A stretch of 34,842 nt of DNA from Minisyncoccota bacterium (lineage in GTDB: Bacteria; Patescibacteriota; Minisyncoccia; Phycocordibacterales; UBA2100), in NCBI GenBank assembly GCA_020058565.1, contig JAGVDT010000036.1, positions 1-34,842 of the forward strand, given 5' to 3'. Shown piece by piece: positions 30,977-34,842 of the stretch (positions are counted from its first letter, which is position 1; every line of letters begins with the position of its first letter). Position numbers and translations under genes: made by a program. Below the pieces are notes generated by a model. The model made no database searches. It was given only the letters and a program-made list of their open reading frames with translations, and was not told the DNA's origin.

Positions 30977-32431
30977 ATGCCAACTCTTTTCGGCTCTACG
31001 CGGGCGTACGCCGCCGTACTTTTGGGCCTTTTCGCGGTGATCTTTTTCTACGCGACGTACAAACTCACCGAGTCCCCTCCCACCTGGTACGACGAAGGCA
31101 TCTACATACAAGTTGCGCACTCGTTTGCCGAAAACGGTACGCAGTCGGTGCAGGTCGCGCCAGGTGAGTTTAAACGCATCGAGTTTTTGACCGTCGGCTT
31201 TCCGGTCATCGCCCCGGTAGCCGCATCGATCAAAATGTTTGGCTACTCAGTGTTTGCGGCTCGAATCCCGATGGTCATATTTATATTGCTATTCGCCGCA
31301 AGCGTCTGGTGGCTTATGTACCGTCTTGCCGGCCCCCGCGAGGCATTGCTTTCACTCCTCCTGGTGGCCACATTTCCTCTTCTCTACGGCAACGGCAAAA
31401 ACGTCCTCGGCGAGATTCCGGGGCTTTTATTTTCATGTCTTTCGCTCATCGCCCTCTACCGTCTCGAGCTCGATAATTTCAAAGGGGCAAAGAATTATTT
31501 CCTCCTCGGCCTAGCTGCCGGACTCACCGCCGCGTCCAAGCCGGTTTTCCTGCTCCTCCCCGGGGCAATTGCGATCGTGCTTATTTTCCGCTTGAAAAAA
31601 ATACTGCCACAATGGAAAGACATGCTGGTGGGTCCGGTAACGTTCATCGCCCTTATGGCGCTATGGACATATCTGCAGTTTGGCCCCGATGCGTCGCTCT
31701 CAGCGATTCTTGCCTACTATCTCAACCCCTATGGCGTCGCATCGGTTTCTGCAACTATGCTCGAAAACCTCGTGCGGCTTTTTACAGAAGACACACCGCT
31801 CTACTGCACGCTCTTGATGTCTGTTTGGATCGTATCAATCGCAGTACGCATCTATCGCAAACGTTCCGTATCGCTGGCGGAGTATTCCGCTTTCGTCTTT
31901 TCTGCTTTGGTTCTTATCGCATATCTGCGCACCGCAGGCTGGTACCGGTACTTTTTTGAAACCCTCGCAATGGCGCTTATACTTGCCCCGCTCTCGTTGA
32001 AGGTCATAGCTCAAGAATTCAGAAAATTCTTCCCGGAGCGGCTTGTGCTGGCAACGCCGATTGCCGGAGTATTTTTGCTTACCGCCCTGCAACTGTATGA
32101 ACTCAACGTCACCTCGTGGGTAGCCACGCACTACCATCGCACTACCGTAGCTGACATGGCGAAATTTTTCGATACATGGCCGGACGACAAAAGCATATTC
32201 GTATACAACAGCCCCGAAGCGCCCAACATGCTCGGGACCGGCAATTACTATCAGTACATGCAACCGACAGAAACCATCGCCTACGGCGCCGATCAATTGC
32301 AGGCGCTCAAAGACGGCGTTCCGGATTATGTGCTTGTGGCCGCTGCATATCATGAAAAATACCCCGAATTTTTCTCCCGATACGAAGTAACCGATGCGCC
32401 CATCCCTTATTTGCTGCTTAGTAGGAAATAA
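30977..32431 (+). CDS. GT-C fold membrane glycosyltransferase (ArnT/PMT-like)
   Basis: N-terminal TM, then PPTWYDEGIYIQVAHSFAENG, multiple TM segments, and a soluble C-terminal ~100 aa. Confidence 0.65.
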   Translation: MPTLFGSTRAYAAVLLGLFAVIFFYATYKLTESPPTWYDEGIYIQVAHSFAENGTQSVQVAPGEFKRIEFLTVGFPVIAPVAASIKMFGYSVFAARIPMVIFILLFAASVWWLMYRLAGPREALLSLLLVATFPLLYGNGKNVLGEIPGLLFSCLSLIALYRLELDNFKGAKNYFLLGLAAGLTAASKPVFLLLPGAIAIVLIFRLKKILPQWKDMLVGPVTFIALMALWTYLQFGPDASLSAILAYYLNPYGVASVSATMLENLVRLFTEDTPLYCTLLMSVWIVSIAVRIYRKRSVSLAEYSAFVFSALVLIAYLRTAGWYRYFFETLAMALILAPLSLKVIAQEFRKFFPERLVLATPIAGVFLLTALQLYELNVTSWVATHYHRTTVADMAKFFDTWPDDKSIFVYNSPEAPNMLGTGNYYQYMQPTETIAYGADQLQALKDGVPDYVLVAAAYHEKYPEFFSRYEVTDAPIPYLLLSRK

Positions 32432-32457
32432 TTTGACTATCGGGTATCTTTGTACCA

Positions 32458-33777
32458 ATGCTCACGCTGGTAATTCCCGTCTACAACTACGCCCATAAGC
32501 TCGAGGACACACTTTCGATTCTGAGAGCGTGGCTCAAAGACCGCTCGGATGTCAAAGAGATTCTATTCGTCAACGACGGCTCGACCGACTCTACCGCCGA
32601 GATGCTCTCTAAGCTGGAAAAGCCGATGCGCGCGCTCCACCTGCCGAAAAATTCCGGCAAAGGCGCGGCGGTAAAGGCCGGAGCCCTCGCCGCCACCGGC
32701 GATTACATTTTTTTTACCGATATAGACATGCCGTATGAACTCAACGCCATCGACCGCGCGCTTCAGGAATTCGCGCAAGGCGCAGACGTCGTAAGCGGCT
32801 CAAGGAATCTCGAAGGCTCCAAATCCAACGTAGAGCGCAGCGCCGAGCGCAAAGCTTCGAGCGTGCTTTTTTCTTGGCTCGCCAACTTCATACTGCTCGA
32901 ACATGTGCCGGATACGCAGTGCGGCCTAAAAGGCTTTACGCGCCCTGCAGCTCAGACTATTTTCGAAAATATTCGAGCAACGGGATACGTATTTGATGTT
33001 GAAATCCTCTACATCGCTCAGCATGAAAATTTGCGTATCGGATTCGTACCGGTAACTCTTATCAACGACTCTAATTCTTCAGTAAACGTTGTTAAAGACG
33101 GAGCAAGAATGGCGTTTGACCTTGCCCGGCTCTATATGCGCACCCGCACGCGCATCAACATGAAAGACGTGTTGTTCATATCCGGACTGGGTCTTGCTAT
33201 CGCCTTTCTCTTGATGCCGACTCTGCACAACATCGGGATATTGACCGCTCTCTCAGAGCGCGGCGTGCCGGTACTTTGGACGTTACTGGCGCTTCCGGTG
33301 TTTATGCCGCTGTTTCTCGTTGCAGGCTCTCTGGGCCTTTCGCTTTTGCCTTTCCACAAACATGCGGCCGCGCAGTTCAGCCGTTACGGGGTAATCGGAG
33401 CCTTCAACACCGCACTCAATGCCGCTATATTCAACACCCTGATCTACCTCAGCGGCGTATCGCAGGGGCCGCTGGTAACGGTCTTTGCGCTCATTACGTT
33501 CGCGATCGTCATCACGCAATCATTTTTCTGGAATATGTTCTGGACGTTTCGCAATACGCCTCCCCAAAACAGGCACAAACAATATGCGCGCTTCTTCGCT
33601 ATCACGAGCGTAGTAGCAATGATTAACCTCAGTATCATCCATGTCCTGGTCAACGTAGTAGGGGCACCCCCGGGGATACCGGTCAAGATCTGGGCCAACA
33701 TCGCACTCCTCTTGACCATCTTTACCGCAGTCCTCGGCAACTTTTTCGGCTACAAATTCTTCGTGTTCAAGAAATAA
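32458..33777 (+). CDS. GT2 polyprenyl-phosphate glycosyltransferase fused to a GtrA-like membrane domain
   Basis: LVIPVYNYAHKL...FVNDGSTDST...NSGKGAAVKAG...FFTDIDMPY (GT2). The C-terminus, FSRYGVIGAFNTALNAAIFNTL...FFWNMFWTFRN, is GtrA-type. Confidence 0.75.
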   Translation: MLTLVIPVYNYAHKLEDTLSILRAWLKDRSDVKEILFVNDGSTDSTAEMLSKLEKPMRALHLPKNSGKGAAVKAGALAATGDYIFFTDIDMPYELNAIDRALQEFAQGADVVSGSRNLEGSKSNVERSAERKASSVLFSWLANFILLEHVPDTQCGLKGFTRPAAQTIFENIRATGYVFDVEILYIAQHENLRIGFVPVTLINDSNSSVNVVKDGARMAFDLARLYMRTRTRINMKDVLFISGLGLAIAFLLMPTLHNIGILTALSERGVPVLWTLLALPVFMPLFLVAGSLGLSLLPFHKHAAAQFSRYGVIGAFNTALNAAIFNTLIYLSGVSQGPLVTVFALITFAIVITQSFFWNMFWTFRNTPPQNRHKQYARFFAITSVVAMINLSIIHVLVNVVGAPPGIPVKIWANIALLLTIFTAVLGNFFGYKFFVFKK

Positions 33778-33798
33778 ATTTCAGATATTTCTGCAGAA

Positions 33799-34536
33799 TT
33801 ATACTTTTCTGCAAACGGCTACAAGCCTTCTACCTTTCTCCGCGTCACATTGATTAAAATACCGTGGCCAGATTTTGAGGTTGTAATACGTTCTCAGGCG
33901 CGGTATTTCCCATAGTCCGTTTTTAATAGCCTTATAGAAAAACTTGAGAGGATGAAATCCGACTTTATCTTGCCCCATCATCTTCTTTACCTCAAAATGC
34001 GGCGTGAGATATTTTGACAGTGATTCGACCGTAAAATGCTGGTAGTGCTTGCTTTCCGCTGAAGGCGGTCCGTTGCCATTGAGCGCCGGTACGGTTATCA
34101 CGAGCCGACCTCCAGGTTTCAGCACCCTCTTGAACTCGCACATGACCCCGTCGATAGTTTCAGGAATGAGATGCTCAACGGTTTCAATGCAAAACACCGC
34201 GTCGAATGAAGCATCCGCGTATGGAAGTTTGGCTAGGTCAGCGACTTCGAAATGCGCACTCGGGACCAAGAGCCGCGCGAATGCTATGGCACGCCGCGAA
34301 TAGTCTGTACCGGACAGATTCGTAAATCCGCTTTTCTCAAGCATTCCTAGAAAAAACGCATCGCCGCACCCGGCATCCAGGATGGCAGCGTCTTTGTCTC
34401 CTTCTGATGCAATCTCCTCGCATATCGAGAGGTAACCATAATAAATCCTACCCTTCTCGCTATCAGGCTCTTTAAACCAATGATTTGGAGAATGATAGTC
34501 GTCTTCCTGCTCCATCTGTTTTGCGTTGAATTCCAT
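33799..34536 (-). CDS. Class I SAM-dependent methyltransferase
   Basis: ILDAGCGDAFFLGML (motif I), FDAVFCIETVEHL, LKPGGRLVITVP. Confidence 0.8.
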   Translation of the reverse strand: MEFNAKQMEQEDDYHSPNHWFKEPDSEKGRIYYGYLSICEEIASEGDKDAAILDAGCGDAFFLGMLEKSGFTNLSGTDYSRRAIAFARLLVPSAHFEVADLAKLPYADASFDAVFCIETVEHLIPETIDGVMCEFKRVLKPGGRLVITVPALNGNGPPSAESKHYQHFTVESLSKYLTPHFEVKKMMGQDKVGFHPLKFFYKAIKNGLWEIPRLRTYYNLKIWPRYFNQCDAEKGRRLVAVCRKV

Positions 34537-34634
34537 ACTCAGCGGATGGCGAAATTGCCTCGAATCATCCGAATCCTAGCACATTCTGCTAGTCGTTGTA
34601 TTGCAGCACGCTCTAGGTATACTTGCGCGGACAT

Positions 34635-34842
34635 ATGAACCACGCGAAGGACATCTGGATACTCTGCCTCATGATGGCGCTCGCCATCGCTAATTTCAAC
34701 ATTTTCGGGATGGCGCACGAAACGGGCTGGAAGGATGCCGCCGATTACAGCGCTTATGCCAAAAATCTCCTCCTGGGCAACGGCTACAGTATCGACGGTG
34801 TACACGTTAACCCGTATCGCGAACCAGGCGTACCTTTCTACC
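34635..34842 (+). CDS. N-terminal fragment of a further GT-C (ArnT/PMT-like) glycosyltransferase; runs off the window end; not in the ORF track
   Basis: ATG at 34635-34637, open to 34842. The translation is MNHAKDIWILCLMMALAIANFNIFGMAHETGWKDAADYSAYAKNLLLGNGYSIDGVHVNPYREPGVPFY. The DAxxYxxxAxNLxxGxGYS...REPGxP signature matches 27153-28571. Confidence 0.7.
   Translation, partial: MNHAKDIWILCLMMALAIANFNIFGMAHETGWKDAADYSAYAKNLLLGNGYSIDGVHVNPYREPGVPFY

Noticed and set aside
34539-34805. An 88-aa minus-strand ORF at the right edge.
   Set aside because: It is antisense to a plus-strand reading frame (from 34635) whose translation carries the GT-C N-terminal signature.

Overview
The window looks like a Patescibacteria/CPR-type chromosome segment. 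This is an inference from gene content: PaaX-like and HTH-TM small proteins, insert-bearing housekeeping genes, and dense minus-strand packing.

(i) 1-4620 holds a >=1540-codon minus-strand ORF that the supplied ORF track does not call because it is cut by the window edge. It encodes a membrane-anchored, highly repetitive, fibre-like surface protein. A paralogous HTH-TM protein lies next to it.

(ii) Housekeeping genes follow: gatB (with a ~105-aa low-complexity insert), an IS200/RAYT-like Y1 transposase homologue with a degenerate HUH motif, lnt, and secA.

(iii) A PaaX-like regulator is bracketed by two copies of a 36-nt palindromic element.

(iv) 14860-15720 is an ~860-bp gene-free locus. 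It contains a hairpin/terminator pair, a 14-codon polybasic sORF, and a ~24% GC island with one perfect DnaA box and a 13-bp inverted repeat. It also contains two tandem, diverged, highly structured units that each end in an identical 35-nt module, preceded on the minus strand by a TTGCTG-16-TATAAT promoter. I could not match these units to any known RNA family, so they are a candidate novel ncRNA pair.

(v) 15721-34842 is a ~19-kb envelope-glycan cluster. It encodes an O-antigen-ligase/TPR protein, four ArnT/PMT-like GT-C transferases (one edge-truncated and uncalled) and two GT2 enzymes (one fused to GtrA). It also encodes a DprE1/DprE2-like pair, two Glf-like flavoproteins, an RmlB-like dehydratase, an epimerase, a TylCIII-like C-methyltransferase, and FkbM and class I methyltransferases. 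This gene content resembles the actinobacterial arabinofuranose/galactofuranose (arabinogalactan) pathway.
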